Shown: positions 9,069 through 19,291, counted from the stretch's first letter. The stretch is DNA of 64,000 nt from Oscillospiraceae bacterium (GCA_015063845.1 SVTJ01000014.1:400-64399); one strand, 5' to 3'. Program-made: numbers and translations. Notes: generated from the sequence alone by a model not told the origin.

Positions 9069-9387
9069 AAATTTGGATTTATCGGTGAGTTCGCACAGGC
9101 TTGCCGACGCTTGCGAGTGTTCCCCTCTAAGAACTTTAACACAAAGAAATTATTATTTTTTTAATTGGGCTGAAAAACTCATTGCCGTGCAGAACGTTCA
9201 AATACCCATAAAACTCGTCGGTACGTAGGGTCCGACGAGTTTTTACCTCAGAGAAAAACAATAAAGTTATATATTTCCTATGGCTATAGCAATAACCATT
9301 TTGTTTTAAAGTTCTTGAAGGGAGTTTGAGGGAAACTTCTTTCAAGAAGTTTCCCTCAAAAAACGCGTCCCCGATAAATCCTAATTT
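9069..9387. repeat. MITE-like element B (about 319 bp) bounded by AAATTTGGATTTATCGG / CCGATAAATCCTAATTT
   Basis: TIRs at 9069-9085 and 9371-9387. Subterminal inverted AAGAACTTTAACACAA (9129-9144) versus TTGTTTTAAAGTTCTT (9301-9316). Internal hairpins at 9211-9244 and 9328-9357. Confidence 0.75.
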
Positions 9388-9404
9388 GTTTAAAAAGCCT
9401 TCCT

Positions 9405-10280
9405 TTAGGACTGTTTCACCTTTTCATATATCTCATTCGCGATGCGTTTTATAGTATCGGCTTCGTCGGGGTTGACCGTTTTCAGCTTTTTGACTGTTGG
9501 GTACCCCCAAACGTCAAACAGACGAGGGCCTATCCAAAAGCCGTTCGGCACGTCCTCGAAAAGCCCCTTGAGGATGCACAGCGCCGCCTTTCGCGGGCGC
9601 ATAAATATTACCTTCATAGGGTGCTTTATGATGGCGAATATAAGCTTGGGATAGTGCGCGGTTATGTTAGTAAACGTGATGCCCGGGTGAGTGACGGACA
9701 CGCATTCGCTGTGCTCAATGCCGAAAAGTGAGAACATCAAATATCTCTTTGCGTTGCCGTAAACAAGACTTGACCTTTCTCTTTTTGAAAAGTCAACGTC
9801 GGCGGTGTCTATGCGCGAGTAGTTGTGCGCTATACTTCCGACGGCAACTATTTTTCCGCCCCTTTCGCTTACGTGCGCTGCGAGCCTTCTTGCGAGATAA
9901 TAAGGGGAGATAAAGTTTATTTGGTAGACGTTGCCGTAACCAGTCGGACACGTATGACGCGGTATATGATATGCTCCCGCGTTGAGGATAAGATGATCTA
10001 TCCCAAGCTTGATGAGCTCGTCTGCGGCGGACTTTACCATATCTATATCCTCAAGGTCAACGTAAATATGATAAATTGAGAGTGAGGGGTATTTTTCCAA
10101 AAGCTGCGCTTCAAGTGCCTCAGAACGGCTCTTACTGCGGTCTACGAGCACAAGGGATGCGCCGAGATGCGCGAGATGCAGGCAAAGCTGCTTGCCGATG
10201 CCTCCCGTTGCTCCGCTTACCGCAACAGTCTTTCCCGATAGGGAGTGAGTATTTTTATCAAGCCATTTTTTTATGCTCAT
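9405..10280 (-). CDS. SDR-family oxidoreductase
   Basis: Start moved to ATG 10280 (AAGGAG RBS; the listed 10298 is a TTG). Rossmann motif VSGATGGIGKQ, catalytic YGNAK. Confidence 0.85.
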   Translation of the reverse strand: MSIKKWLDKNTHSLSGKTVAVSGATGGIGKQLCLHLAHLGASLVLVDRSKSRSEALEAQLLEKYPSLSIYHIYVDLEDIDMVKSAADELIKLGIDHLILNAGAYHIPRHTCPTGYGNVYQINFISPYYLARRLAAHVSERGGKIVAVGSIAHNYSRIDTADVDFSKRERSSLVYGNAKRYLMFSLFGIEHSECVSVTHPGITFTNITAHYPKLIFAIIKHPMKVIFMRPRKAALCILKGLFEDVPNGFWIGPRLFDVWGYPTVKKLKTVNPDEADTIKRIANEIYEKVKQS

Positions 10281-10333
10281 AAGGTTCTCCTTAAACAAAC
10301 GGCTGACGGGGATACCGCCAGCCGAAATAAGCT

Positions 10334-11650
10334 TTAATGATGACGCTTTGCGTGTCTCTCGAAGGTGCCGTGCTGTTCCTTGAGAAGTCTTGACTGCTCT
10401 CTTGCGCTGACCTTTCCTTCGGGACGTATGTCGCCTGCTTTGGTCAGAGCTATCTTTGTGAGCATAGGACCTACGAGCTCATATACGAGCACCGCAAACA
10501 ACGTGATGTTGGAGATTATAACTCCATGCTCTCCAAGCTCGTGCGCTTTGATGGCCATACCGAGCGCAACGCCTGCCTGGGGCAGAAGGGTAACGCCGAG
10601 GTACTTTACTATGCTTGGCTCGCAATTCATAAGCTTTGCGCTTGAAAATGCTCCGAGATACTTGCCCGCGGAACGGGAGAGTATATATATAAGTCCAATA
10701 AGAACTATCGCGATGTCCGCGAAAACCGAGAGCTCAAGCTCAGCGCCGCTTATAACAAAGAAGAGAATGAGTAGGGGAGCGGACCAGCGGTCAACTCTGT
10801 CCATAAGCTCCTCGGAAAAGTCGCATACGTTGCAGAATATCGTTCCGAGCATCATACATACGAGAAGTGAGGAGAATGCGACGTGCACCTTGCCGATATG
10901 AAATTCGAGCATTGAGAGCGCGACGGTTATGAAGACGAAAGCGATCGACATGGAAAGTCTCTTGGAGCGCGAATGGAAAAATTTCTCAAAGAAGGTGAAC
11001 AAAAGTCCCATGATTGCACCAAGCGCGAGGGAGAGCACGACTTCAAGAAGAGGCTCAACTATTACGGAGAGCAGGTCGACCTTTCCGACGATAAGTGCCT
11101 TGGATATACCGAACGATACCGCGAAAAGTATAAGTCCCACAGCATCATCAAGAGCGACTATGGGGAGAAGGATATCCGTAAGAGGACCCTTTGCCTTGTA
11201 CTGACGAACGACCATAAGCGTTGCCGCGGGAGCTGTTGCCGATGCAATAGCGCCGAGCACGATAGCCACGGGAAGCGGGAATTTTTCGGGAATAGCGAAG
11301 TGTATTACGATAAGCACGGCATCAACGAGAAGGGTAGTGAACACCGCCTGAACGATTCCTATGACGGTTGCCTGCTTACCTGTCTTTTTTAGCTGAGAAA
11401 GTCTGAATTCGTTTCCGATAGAAAAGGCGATAAAGCCGAGCGCAACGTCAGCAAGAAGTGAATATGCTTTTACGTTTGCCATACTTGTAAATCCAAGGCC
11501 CGATATGCCGAGTGCGCCGAGGCAATACGGACCGATAAGTATGCCCGCTACGAGATATGCCGTAACTGCGGGGAGCTTCACGAGCTTTGCAAGTCGCGAG
11601 AGCATAAGTCCCACTAAAAGTGCGATCGATAATGATAAAAGTGTCTGCAT
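10334..11650 (-). CDS. Cation:proton antiporter (CPA2/Kef-type Na+/H+ exchanger family)
   Basis: Start at ATG 11650 with a GGAG RBS. About 12 TM helices with a typical N-terminus MQTLLSLSIALLVGLMLSRLAKLVKLPAVTAYLVAGILIGP. Confidence 0.85.
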   Translation of the reverse strand: MQTLLSLSIALLVGLMLSRLAKLVKLPAVTAYLVAGILIGPYCLGALGISGLGFTSMANVKAYSLLADVALGFIAFSIGNEFRLSQLKKTGKQATVIGIVQAVFTTLLVDAVLIVIHFAIPEKFPLPVAIVLGAIASATAPAATLMVVRQYKAKGPLTDILLPIVALDDAVGLILFAVSFGISKALIVGKVDLLSVIVEPLLEVVLSLALGAIMGLLFTFFEKFFHSRSKRLSMSIAFVFITVALSMLEFHIGKVHVAFSSLLVCMMLGTIFCNVCDFSEELMDRVDRWSAPLLILFFVISGAELELSVFADIAIVLIGLIYILSRSAGKYLGAFSSAKLMNCEPSIVKYLGVTLLPQAGVALGMAIKAHELGEHGVIISNITLFAVLVYELVGPMLTKIALTKAGDIRPEGKVSAREQSRLLKEQHGTFERHAKRHH

Positions 11651-11700
11651 TGTATGTCTCCTACTATAAATATGATAACTTGTTTTCAAATCACCAAGCA

Positions 11701-11729
11701 ATTATAGCACTTTCGCTCTTGAAAGTCAA
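11701..11729 (-). promoter_or_regulatory. Promoter TTGACT-17-TATAAT for the antiporter gene
   Basis: On the minus strand: TTGACT (11729-11724), 17 nt, TATAAT (11706-11701). Confidence 0.6.
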
Positions 11730-11769
11730 TAGCAAAAACACAATTTTTTCGCCTTTTTACAGCGAGAGA

Positions 11770-12609
11770 TCATAGCGGCAGATCCTTGTACTTTTGGGGG
11801 TACTCCTTAGGCAGACACCCCACCTGCTCGCAGAAGACCTTGGTGAAATAGCTGGGACTTGAGAAGCCGCAATCCGAGGCGATTCGGTATATGGGGACGT
11901 TGCCCCTCATGAGCATTTCTTTTGCCGCTTCTATCCTGCATTTTCTCACGTATTCTGATATGCCCATACCGAGCGTCTTTTTGGAAATCGAATAGAGAAG
12001 ACTGCGTGAGATGTTAAAGCGGCGGCACAGTCCCTCAACTGTCAGCTCATCAGAGGAAAGGTCTTGATTTATAAAGGTCAAGATGTTATTTTGAAGCGTA
12101 CTTTGCTGAACGCTGACAATGTTTTTTATCCACAGATAGCAGGCGCACATCTCCATTATCCTTGCGGCAGACAGGAGAGAGCGGTTGGAGAGCGGCTTCA
12201 TAAGCGAGAGGGCGTCTCTGAGCTGTTCCTTGTCGTACTTGCTCGGAAGATCGGACACTATCCGTTCAATGCTTTCGCGGTCGCACTCCTCAAGCGTTTG
12301 ACCCAGCATAAGATAGCCGATGACGACGTTGTCCTGCGTTATGGGGACACACGCCTCGGTAAGCCCCATATGGCATTTGTATATTATCAGCTTGTTCCTT
12401 CTTTTGCACTCGCCAAGCCCATATCTGTCACATTCTATGCACTTTTTGGTAAGCTCTTGGTTCTTTCGGACAACCGAGCAAAACGGCGCGTGTGTGGCAG
12501 GCGCGCAAACGAGATTAAAATTTGCGTCGTAGAGATTTATTTTGAGTTTTGTTATGTTGAAAAAGTCCTCGCTTATCTCGGTGAACTGTTTTTCGTCAAA
12601 GCTGAGCAT
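11770..12609 (-). CDS. AraC-family regulator with N-terminal PocR-type sensor domain
   Basis: Start at ATG 12609 (GGGAGG RBS). The N-terminal half is Cys-rich and PocR-like (FCSVVRKNQELTKKCIECD...YKCHMGLTE). C-terminal AraC HTH. Divergent from the glycosidase cluster. Confidence 0.8.
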   Translation of the reverse strand: MLSFDEKQFTEISEDFFNITKLKINLYDANFNLVCAPATHAPFCSVVRKNQELTKKCIECDRYGLGECKRRNKLIIYKCHMGLTEACVPITQDNVVIGYLMLGQTLEECDRESIERIVSDLPSKYDKEQLRDALSLMKPLSNRSLLSAARIMEMCACYLWIKNIVSVQQSTLQNNILTFINQDLSSDELTVEGLCRRFNISRSLLYSISKKTLGMGISEYVRKCRIEAAKEMLMRGNVPIYRIASDCGFSSPSYFTKVFCEQVGCLPKEYPQKYKDLPL

Positions 12610-12734
12610 AAATACCTCCCGTGTGAATATCTTGTCCACATAATTTTATCACAAAACGTCACACTTTACAATAGAATACGCTAAATTTGATTTTTGAAAA
12701 GAGCGAAAGTTACATTTTTGTAACCGTATTTTTC

Positions 12735-12763
12735 TTTACAAACCATAAGATATGTGATATCAT
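12735..12763 (+). promoter_or_regulatory. Candidate promoter TTTACA-17-TATCAT (extended TG) for the glycosidase cluster
   Basis: TTTACA 12735-12740, TGATATCAT ending at 12763. Lies in the divergent AraC/GH intergenic region. Confidence 0.4.
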
Positions 12764-12799
12764 TATCCCGAAGGATAATGCTTTGAAGGAGAGTTCAAA

Positions 12800-14824
12800 A
12801 TGGAAAAGTGGTATAAAAACAGCTATCGCCGAAATCTTGTCGATATGCATATACACGATTGGAACGACGAGTTTTTGTCAAAATTCGACGTTGACGATTA
12901 CTATAAATATCTTAAGACGTGCGAGGTGGACGGAGTTATGCTCTATCTGCAGTCTCACGTCGGTCTTTGTCACTATCCCACAAAGTCGGGAGTTATGCAT
13001 AAGGCTTTTCGCGGCAGAGAGGACGCTATGAGGCAGCTTGTTGACAAGTGTCGCTCAAACGGTATCCCCGTGGTCGGATATTACAGCCTTATCTTCAACA
13101 CGCTTGAAGAGGAGAGACACCCCGAGTGGAGACTTATCAGCGACAGAAAGACAGGCACGTCATATCACCAGAGAGGAAGCCGCTACGGTCGTTGCTGCCC
13201 AAACAACGCCGAGTACAGAGACTTTCTTAAGGTGCAGATAAAGGAGATACTGGATTACTTCACGCTTGACGGAATGTTTTACGATATGACCTATTGGTCG
13301 GGCGTGTGCTACTGCGAGAGCTGTCGCAAGCGTTTTGAGGCAGAGACGGGAGTGGCAGACCTTCCCGATATGGACGATATGAGCACTCCCGAGGCAAAGC
13401 TGTTCAGGGAGAAAAGAGACGAATGGATAGCGGAGTTTTGCAGATTTGTCACGGATTATACACACAAGCTCGCTCCCTCACTTTCGGTGTCTCACAACAA
13501 CGCTCACTCGGTCGAGGGAGATTGGAAGAACATCACCTGGGAGGGTGTCAGCGACCAGTGCGACTATTGCTGCGGAGATATATATGGGGATATCTACGAC
13601 AACTCGTTCTGCATAAAATATTTCCAGAACGCCACGCAGAATATGCCCGTTGAATACATGGTCAGTCGTTTTGCGATAAACCTCAAGCAGCATACGCTCA
13701 GCAAGTCTCAGCCGTATATGGACCAGAGCGTTTTCCTCACGGTCGCTCATCACGGCGCGAATTTTGTTATTGATGCTATGGACCCCGTCGGAACACTCAA
13801 TATGAAGGTGGCGGAGCTTATCGGAAACGCTTACCGCGCGCAGATGCCATATGAGAAATATATAAAGAGCGGAGAGGCTGTGGGCGATGTTGCCGTGTGG
13901 TATTCCACCACGGGAAGATACAACAGCGGCGGACAGGAGTATCATAGCGGTAACTGCTCGAACGTGCTTTCCAAGACCTTGTCGACACATCACGTGCCCT
14001 ACAAGATAACCCCCAACACCAAGAGCGACAAGCTCGGAGAGTATAAGCTTGTATTTGCTCCAGCGATAGCGGGAATATCCGAGAAGAACCGAGAGGATAT
14101 ATACAGATACGTAAAGTACGGCGGAGTGTTCTACTTCAGCGGAGCTGAGGAAGAGGAGCTGCTTCGCGAGTTCTTTGGTGCGGAATATCTCGGGCTGAGC
14201 TCTCACAAATATACCTACGTTTCTCCCGTAGCGGGCAAGGAGGATATGTTCTTCGGATTTGATGAGAAGTATCCGCTTGCCATGCTTTTCAAGCATCCGC
14301 TCGTGAAGCTCGGAAAGGACGCAGAGGTGCTTGCATACCTCAACGTGCCTTACGGTGAGGCGGGAGACAGCGTGCGCTTCGCATCTATCCACTCAAATCC
14401 CCCCGGAATGCTCACGGAGTATCCGTCCGTCGTAAGAGCGAAATACGGAAAGGGAACGGTGATATGGTCAGCACTGCCCATCGAGGGAGACGTGAGCTAC
14501 CACCACAGAGAGGTGACTATGCGCATACTCCGCGAGTATCTGCCCGAGGGCGAGCAGGCTGTGAGAACGACCGCTCCTATGCAGGTCGAGCTTGTTACTT
14601 TTGTACAAGAGAGAGCGCTTCAGATAAGCGCGCTTGATATGGGAGTTACCGAGGAGAGACGCCGCATCGAGAGCTTCGAGATACGCGCAAAGGTGGCAAG
14701 CGCGCCGAGCCGCGTGCTCCTTCTTCCCGAGGAGAGAGAGCTTGAGTTTGCTTATGAGAACGGTGAGGTCATCTTTAAGACGAGAGAGCTTGATATATTC
14801 GATATGTACCGTATCGAGCTTTAA
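12800..14824 (+). CDS. Putative glycoside hydrolase (GHL6/GH42-like TIM barrel plus trimerisation-like domain), uncharacterised
   Basis: AAGGAG RBS. N-terminal block DMHIHDW...LQSHVGLCHYPTKSGVMHKAF...IPVVGYYSLIF...HPEW resembles the hypothetical-glycosyl-hydrolase-6 pattern from memory. No signal peptide. Confidence 0.55.
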   Translation: MEKWYKNSYRRNLVDMHIHDWNDEFLSKFDVDDYYKYLKTCEVDGVMLYLQSHVGLCHYPTKSGVMHKAFRGREDAMRQLVDKCRSNGIPVVGYYSLIFNTLEEERHPEWRLISDRKTGTSYHQRGSRYGRCCPNNAEYRDFLKVQIKEILDYFTLDGMFYDMTYWSGVCYCESCRKRFEAETGVADLPDMDDMSTPEAKLFREKRDEWIAEFCRFVTDYTHKLAPSLSVSHNNAHSVEGDWKNITWEGVSDQCDYCCGDIYGDIYDNSFCIKYFQNATQNMPVEYMVSRFAINLKQHTLSKSQPYMDQSVFLTVAHHGANFVIDAMDPVGTLNMKVAELIGNAYRAQMPYEKYIKSGEAVGDVAVWYSTTGRYNSGGQEYHSGNCSNVLSKTLSTHHVPYKITPNTKSDKLGEYKLVFAPAIAGISEKNREDIYRYVKYGGVFYFSGAEEEELLREFFGAEYLGLSSHKYTYVSPVAGKEDMFFGFDEKYPLAMLFKHPLVKLGKDAEVLAYLNVPYGEAGDSVRFASIHSNPPGMLTEYPSVVRAKYGKGTVIWSALPIEGDVSYHHREVTMRILREYLPEGEQAVRTTAPMQVELVTFVQERALQISALDMGVTEERRRIESFEIRAKVASAPSRVLLLPEERELEFAYENGEVIFKTRELDIFDMYRIEL

Positions 14825-14833
14825 GGAGGACGT

Positions 14834-15727
14834 ATGTATTTTAACGGATATGAGGACATAAGCGTTTTTGATATAGTTCTTGACAGCGGACGCGCAAGAG
14901 GTCTTTCGGCGTATGCCGTGAGAAACGGAGCGTTTGAGTGTGTTATCCTTAAGGACCACGCGCTGGATATCGCGCACGCAAGCTTTTGCGGCACGGGAGT
15001 GGCGTTTGTCAGCAGAAACGGACTTGTTAAAACGAGAGATACTTTCCCAAAAAGCTTTGAGGGCGGCTTGCTCTATACCTGCGGTCTTGACGGCATAAGC
15101 AATTGCTCGGAGGGCGTGTTCACGCACGGCTCGCTTCACTGGACTGCGGCGGAGCGCGTGTCGTATAAGGTGGAGAACGGCTGCGTGACGGTCAGCGGAG
15201 ACGTGCCCTCAACGGGACTTTTCTGCGACAGCCTTGTGCTGCATCGCGAGATAAAGGTCACGAGCGACGGTGTGAGCGTTACCGACCGCATCGAAAACAC
15301 GAGAGGCGTTGATGCCGAATACTGTATGCTTTATCATTGCAATCTTGGCGCGCCACTGCTTGCAGAGGGCGGTGAGGTGAAGATAGACTACCTCACAAGA
15401 GAGGGTCTAACTCCTCTTGCCAAAGAGAACGAATATAAGGCGGGGCTTATCACCTCTCCCACGCCTGCCGAGGAAGAAAACGTGTATTATCACACGGTAA
15501 AAGAGGGCAGGGCAGAATACTTAAATAAAAAGCTTGGAATAGCTGCCGCGGTGACTTATGATGCCCAAAGGCTTCCCGTGCTTCTTGAGTGGAAGAGTAT
15601 GGCAGAGGACGACTACGCGCTCGGGCTCGAGCCTGCCACCACGCGCTTTGACACATTTAAAATGACGCCTATCGTGGCAAGAGCTACGCACGAATACAAA
15701 GTAAACATTAATTTTAAGAAAATATAA
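14834..15727 (+). CDS. Aldose 1-epimerase-like protein (DUF4432-type)
   Basis: AGGAGG RBS, 9 nt after the previous stop. About 297 aa. The family is assigned from remembered DUF4432-like sequence features and the sugar-cluster context. Confidence 0.55.
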   Translation: MYFNGYEDISVFDIVLDSGRARGLSAYAVRNGAFECVILKDHALDIAHASFCGTGVAFVSRNGLVKTRDTFPKSFEGGLLYTCGLDGISNCSEGVFTHGSLHWTAAERVSYKVENGCVTVSGDVPSTGLFCDSLVLHREIKVTSDGVSVTDRIENTRGVDAEYCMLYHCNLGAPLLAEGGEVKIDYLTREGLTPLAKENEYKAGLITSPTPAEEENVYYHTVKEGRAEYLNKKLGIAAAVTYDAQRLPVLLEWKSMAEDDYALGLEPATTRFDTFKMTPIVARATHEYKVNINFKKI

Positions 15728-15746
15728 AATACGGAGGAACACAAAA

Positions 15747-16937
15747 ATGAAACTTTCGGAAAAGCTTATGAAGGAAGGCGAGGGCATACTTCGTCTTAAG
15801 CCAACTTGGGTGCCCAGAGCATTCTGCCGTCCCGGCAAGAGAATAAAGCTCCACCCCGATGATTATTACTGCAAGGGCGCAGCCGCTGGCGGTATCGATG
15901 AGAGATGGTTCGCATCCACGACTTGGGCTGAAAACGGCCCCAACACTCCAGACGACGAGGGCCTTTCCTACGTTGTGTCTGCTGATGGAAGCGAGCAGAT
16001 GCTTCTGCGTGACGTAGTAGACGAGCTTCAGGGCGAGCTTATCGGCGAGGGACTTTGGAACAAGTACCACAAGTGGCCTATGTTCTCAAAGTTCTTTGAT
16101 AACGCAGGTCCTCTGCCTCATCACATTCACCACCGCGATCAGCACGCAAAGAGAGTAGGAGCTGACGGAAAGCCCGAGATGTACTTCTTCCCCGCACAGC
16201 TCAACAACCACGGCGGAGAATTTCCGTTCACCTTCTTCGGTCTTACTCCCGACACCACAAAGGAGCAGGTCAAGGAGAGCCTTATGAACTTTACCAAGGG
16301 AGACAATCAGCTTCTCGACCTCTCTCAGGCGTACAAGATAACGCTTGATACAGGCTGGGACGTTCCTCCCGGAGTGCTTCACGCGCCTGCGAGCCTTTGT
16401 ACCTACGAGCCTCAGTTCGCGTCCGACGTATACGCTATGTATCAGTCGGTACTCTACGGCGGACACACGGTCTCCGAGGATCTTCTTTGGAAGAACTGCC
16501 CCGAAGAGGAAAAGGGCAACTTCGACTATCTGCTTGACGTTATCGACTGGGAAGCTAACACCGACCCCGATTTCCATAAGAACCGCTTTATGAAGCCCGT
16601 AGTATGCCGCTCCGACGAGGGCTGCTGCGAGGAGTGGATATGCTACCGTTGTCCCGAGGTATCTGCAAAGAGACTTACCGTTTATCCCGGTCAGACAGTC
16701 ACCGTTACCGATGCTGCCGCTTACGGTATGATACTTATCGAGGGTCAGGGAACGATGGGCAAGTGGGAGATATCCACACCCACTCTCATTCACTACGGTG
16801 AGCTTACAAATGACGAGTTCTTCGTATCCGAGGCAACCGCTAAGGCAGGCGTTAAGATAACAAACACTTCTGCCACCGAGCCTCTCGTAATGCTCAAGCA
16901 CTTCTCAGAGAACCCCGATCTGCCTAAGGGTCTTTAA
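15747..16937 (+). CDS. Cupin-fold sugar isomerase-like protein (type I phosphomannose-isomerase-like)
   Basis: GGAGGA RBS. FSKFFDNAGPLPHHIHHRDQHA parallels the PMI-I metal site (K-L-L-D-x-x-x-L-S-I-Q-V-H-P). A later VLHAPAS block is present. Confidence 0.55.
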   Translation: MKLSEKLMKEGEGILRLKPTWVPRAFCRPGKRIKLHPDDYYCKGAAAGGIDERWFASTTWAENGPNTPDDEGLSYVVSADGSEQMLLRDVVDELQGELIGEGLWNKYHKWPMFSKFFDNAGPLPHHIHHRDQHAKRVGADGKPEMYFFPAQLNNHGGEFPFTFFGLTPDTTKEQVKESLMNFTKGDNQLLDLSQAYKITLDTGWDVPPGVLHAPASLCTYEPQFASDVYAMYQSVLYGGHTVSEDLLWKNCPEEEKGNFDYLLDVIDWEANTDPDFHKNRFMKPVVCRSDEGCCEEWICYRCPEVSAKRLTVYPGQTVTVTDAAAYGMILIEGQGTMGKWEISTPTLIHYGELTNDEFFVSEATAKAGVKITNTSATEPLVMLKHFSENPDLPKGL

Positions 16938-16946
16938 TAAAGTTGT

Positions 16947-16985
16947 TATAGCCTCACGCAGAGAACTGCGTGGGGCTATATAAAA
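16947..16985 (+). terminator. Hairpin terminator (weak U tail)
   Basis: TATAGCCTCACGCAG-AGAA-CTGCGTGGGGCTATA followed by TAAAATT. Confidence 0.5.
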
Positions 16986-17036
16986 TTGGTTAACTTTACT
17001 TTTTATTAAACAAAACTTACTTTTTTTGGGTTTCGC

Positions 17037-17065
17037 TTGAAAAAAGACGGAATGCGTGATATAAT
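17037..17065 (+). promoter_or_regulatory. Promoter TTGAAA-17-TATAAT (extended TG) for the GH29 gene
   Basis: TTGAAA 17037-17042, TGATATAAT with TATAAT at 17060-17065. Confidence 0.55.
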
Positions 17066-17109
17066 GAACACAGTAAGTTTTGTTAATAAAAGCAAAAGGA
17101 GTTTTTACT

Positions 17110-18390
17110 ATGAGATCAAACACCAAATGGTTTACAGACGCTAAGTTCGGAATGATAATCCACTGGGGACTTTACAGTATCCTTGCGGGAAGCTGGAAGG
17201 GCAAGGAAGCCCCCCGTACTTGCGAATGGATAATGAGAAATATGCGTATCTCTCTTGATGAGTACAGACCCCTCGCGCAGCAGTTCTGCCCCACACAGTT
17301 TGACGCAAGAGAATACGTAAGAAAAGCGAAAAAATGGGGTATGAAGTATATCGTGGTCACCACCAAGCATCACGACGGCTTCTGCCTTTTCGACACAAAG
17401 GTATCCGACTATAACGTGATGAACACCCCCTACGGTAAGGATATAATCAAGGAATTTGCCGATGCCTGCGCCGAGGAGGGAATGGTATTCTGCGTTTATT
17501 ATTCGCAGATGCAGGACTGGGAAGATCCCAACGGTGACGGAAACGACTGGGATTTTGACAAGAAGGATAAGGACTTCAGAAAGTATTTCTACGGCAAGTG
17601 CATTCCTCAGGTCAAGGAGCTTCTTACAAACTACGGCAAGATAGGTCTTATCTGGTTTGATACCCCGTATGATATGCCCGTAGAGCTTTGTCGCGAGCTT
17701 CGCGACGTCGTCAAGGAGCTTCAGCCCGAGTGCCTTATAAACGGACGTATCGGCTACAATCTCGGCGACTTCCGCAATATGGCGGATAACTGTATTCCTC
17801 ACGACCCCTATGCGGGAGCATGGGAATCCCCCATGACGCTCAATACCTCTTGGGGATACTGTGAGTACGACAACCACTGGGCAGAGCCATCCGAGGTAAT
17901 CACAAGACTTTCGGGTATCGCTTCTAAGGGTGGAAATCTGCTGCTCAATATCGGCCCCGATGCCGACGGAGTTATTCCCGAGCCGTCTGTCAAGATAATG
18001 GACGAGGTCGGAAAATGGATGGAGAAAAACGGAGAGAGCCTTTACGGCACGTCCACCTTCCCCACCTTCCCCTATGATGCAAGCTGGGGTAATATGACCT
18101 ATAACGCAGAGGAGAAAAAGCTGTATCTCCACGTTCTCCGCTATCCCGTTATTACGCCTAAGATATCCTCTATCGGTCTTAAGACCAGAATAAAGAAGGC
18201 ATATCTGCTTGCAACGGGCGAGCCTGTGAAGTTCTCACAGACGTATGAGCAGGCAAGAGAAGAGGAGAGACTTGCGGTCACACTGCCTGCGGAGTGCCCC
18301 GATCCCGTTGATACGGTAGTGGTACTTGAGCTTGAGGGAGACATTCAGGTGCAGAAGCTCAACGAGGGCTGCTACGCAGAAAATAATTGA
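17110..18390 (+). CDS. Alpha-L-fucosidase, GH29
   Basis: Start at ATG 17110. GH29 blocks FGMIIHWGLYS and KYIVVTTKHHDGFCLFDT. No signal peptide. Confidence 0.9.
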   Translation: MRSNTKWFTDAKFGMIIHWGLYSILAGSWKGKEAPRTCEWIMRNMRISLDEYRPLAQQFCPTQFDAREYVRKAKKWGMKYIVVTTKHHDGFCLFDTKVSDYNVMNTPYGKDIIKEFADACAEEGMVFCVYYSQMQDWEDPNGDGNDWDFDKKDKDFRKYFYGKCIPQVKELLTNYGKIGLIWFDTPYDMPVELCRELRDVVKELQPECLINGRIGYNLGDFRNMADNCIPHDPYAGAWESPMTLNTSWGYCEYDNHWAEPSEVITRLSGIASKGGNLLLNIGPDADGVIPEPSVKIMDEVGKWMEKNGESLYGTSTFPTFPYDASWGNMTYNAEEKKLYLHVLRYPVITPKISSIGLKTRIKKAYLLATGEPVKFSQTYEQAREEERLAVTLPAECPDPVDTVVVLELEGDIQVQKLNEGCYAENN

Positions 18391-18402
18391 GACAGTATAT
18401 AA

Positions 18403-18436
18403 CAGCCTGCCCGTGGCGGGCGGGCTGCTGTTTTTG
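18403..18436 (+). terminator. Rho-independent terminator after the GH29 gene
   Basis: CAGCCTGCCCG-TGG-CGGGCGGGCTG followed by CTGTTTTT. Confidence 0.7.
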
Positions 18437-18454
18437 GTCGAAAGGAAACAGAAA

Positions 18455-19291
18455 ATGAAAAAGACAAGAGTAATTATCGCTTCCGATATCCATCTTTGCC
18501 ATACCGACTGGTACGGTGTGCCCACGGCGGAGAGAATGGAAAGACTTGTAAAGCATCTCAACGAGGAGTATGATAAGGACCCGTATGAGACCATAATCTT
18601 TCTCGGCGACTACTCGCTTGACCACTGGAACCACGGAGACGTGCCCGGCTCTTACCTTACGGGAACGTGCAACACAAAGAACTTTATGGAAAAATACGCG
18701 TCAAGACTGAAGGCACCGTATTCCGTATTTATCGCGGGAAACCACGAGATGTACGGCCACGAGAAGTGGAAGGAGATAACGGGCTTTGAGCGCAGATGCA
18801 GCGTGGTGGTGGGAGATTATCTATTTGTAGTTGACGATACGTTCGACACAAATCTTGACCCCACCTGTGACATCGACGCGGTCGATACACAGATAAACAT
18901 CAAATTCGTAAGAGAAGAGATGGCTAAGTATCCCGATAAAAAGGTGATACTTTGCGCTCATCATTTTGCTTTTAATAAGGAGTCTCGCGAGGCACACGAG
19001 CTTGTGCTCGACCCGAGAGTGGTGTGTATGTTCAGCGGACACGTGCACCGTTCAAGCGTGTATACGATGCCCGACGATTGGAACAACAAGCTTTTGTTCA
19101 GAACGGGTAACTATTCCTATTCCAAGGAAAATCCGCCGATGCTTTCTATGTGGGGCTTCAGAGACGTTTATCTTTCAGACGATGAGGTGACGTCGAGATA
19201 CATAGTTCCCGAGAACACGATAATCTATAAGGGTGAAGAGGTGACCGTGCCTTACGGAACGCAGGATGAGGCGACGGTAAAAATAAAGTAA
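18455..19291 (+). CDS. Metallophosphoesterase (calcineurin-like)
   Basis: Start at ATG 18455, just after the terminator at 18403-18436. Motifs ASDIHLCH, GDYSLDHW, GNHE, GHVH. Confidence 0.8.
   Translation: MKKTRVIIASDIHLCHTDWYGVPTAERMERLVKHLNEEYDKDPYETIIFLGDYSLDHWNHGDVPGSYLTGTCNTKNFMEKYASRLKAPYSVFIAGNHEMYGHEKWKEITGFERRCSVVVGDYLFVVDDTFDTNLDPTCDIDAVDTQINIKFVREEMAKYPDKKVILCAHHFAFNKESREAHELVLDPRVVCMFSGHVHRSSVYTMPDDWNNKLLFRTGNYSYSKENPPMLSMWGFRDVYLSDDEVTSRYIVPENTIIYKGEEVTVPYGTQDEATVKIK

Noticed and set aside
9136-9345. A 69-aa ORF inside repeat element B. Similar ORFs lie inside the other repeats: 31252-31458, 31259-31444, 31265-31567 and 57589-57822.
   Set aside because: They are created by the repeat modules, so the same nucleotide modules would give similar pseudo-peptides elsewhere. 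They use TTG or poor starts, have no RBS, and are read in different frames in different copies.
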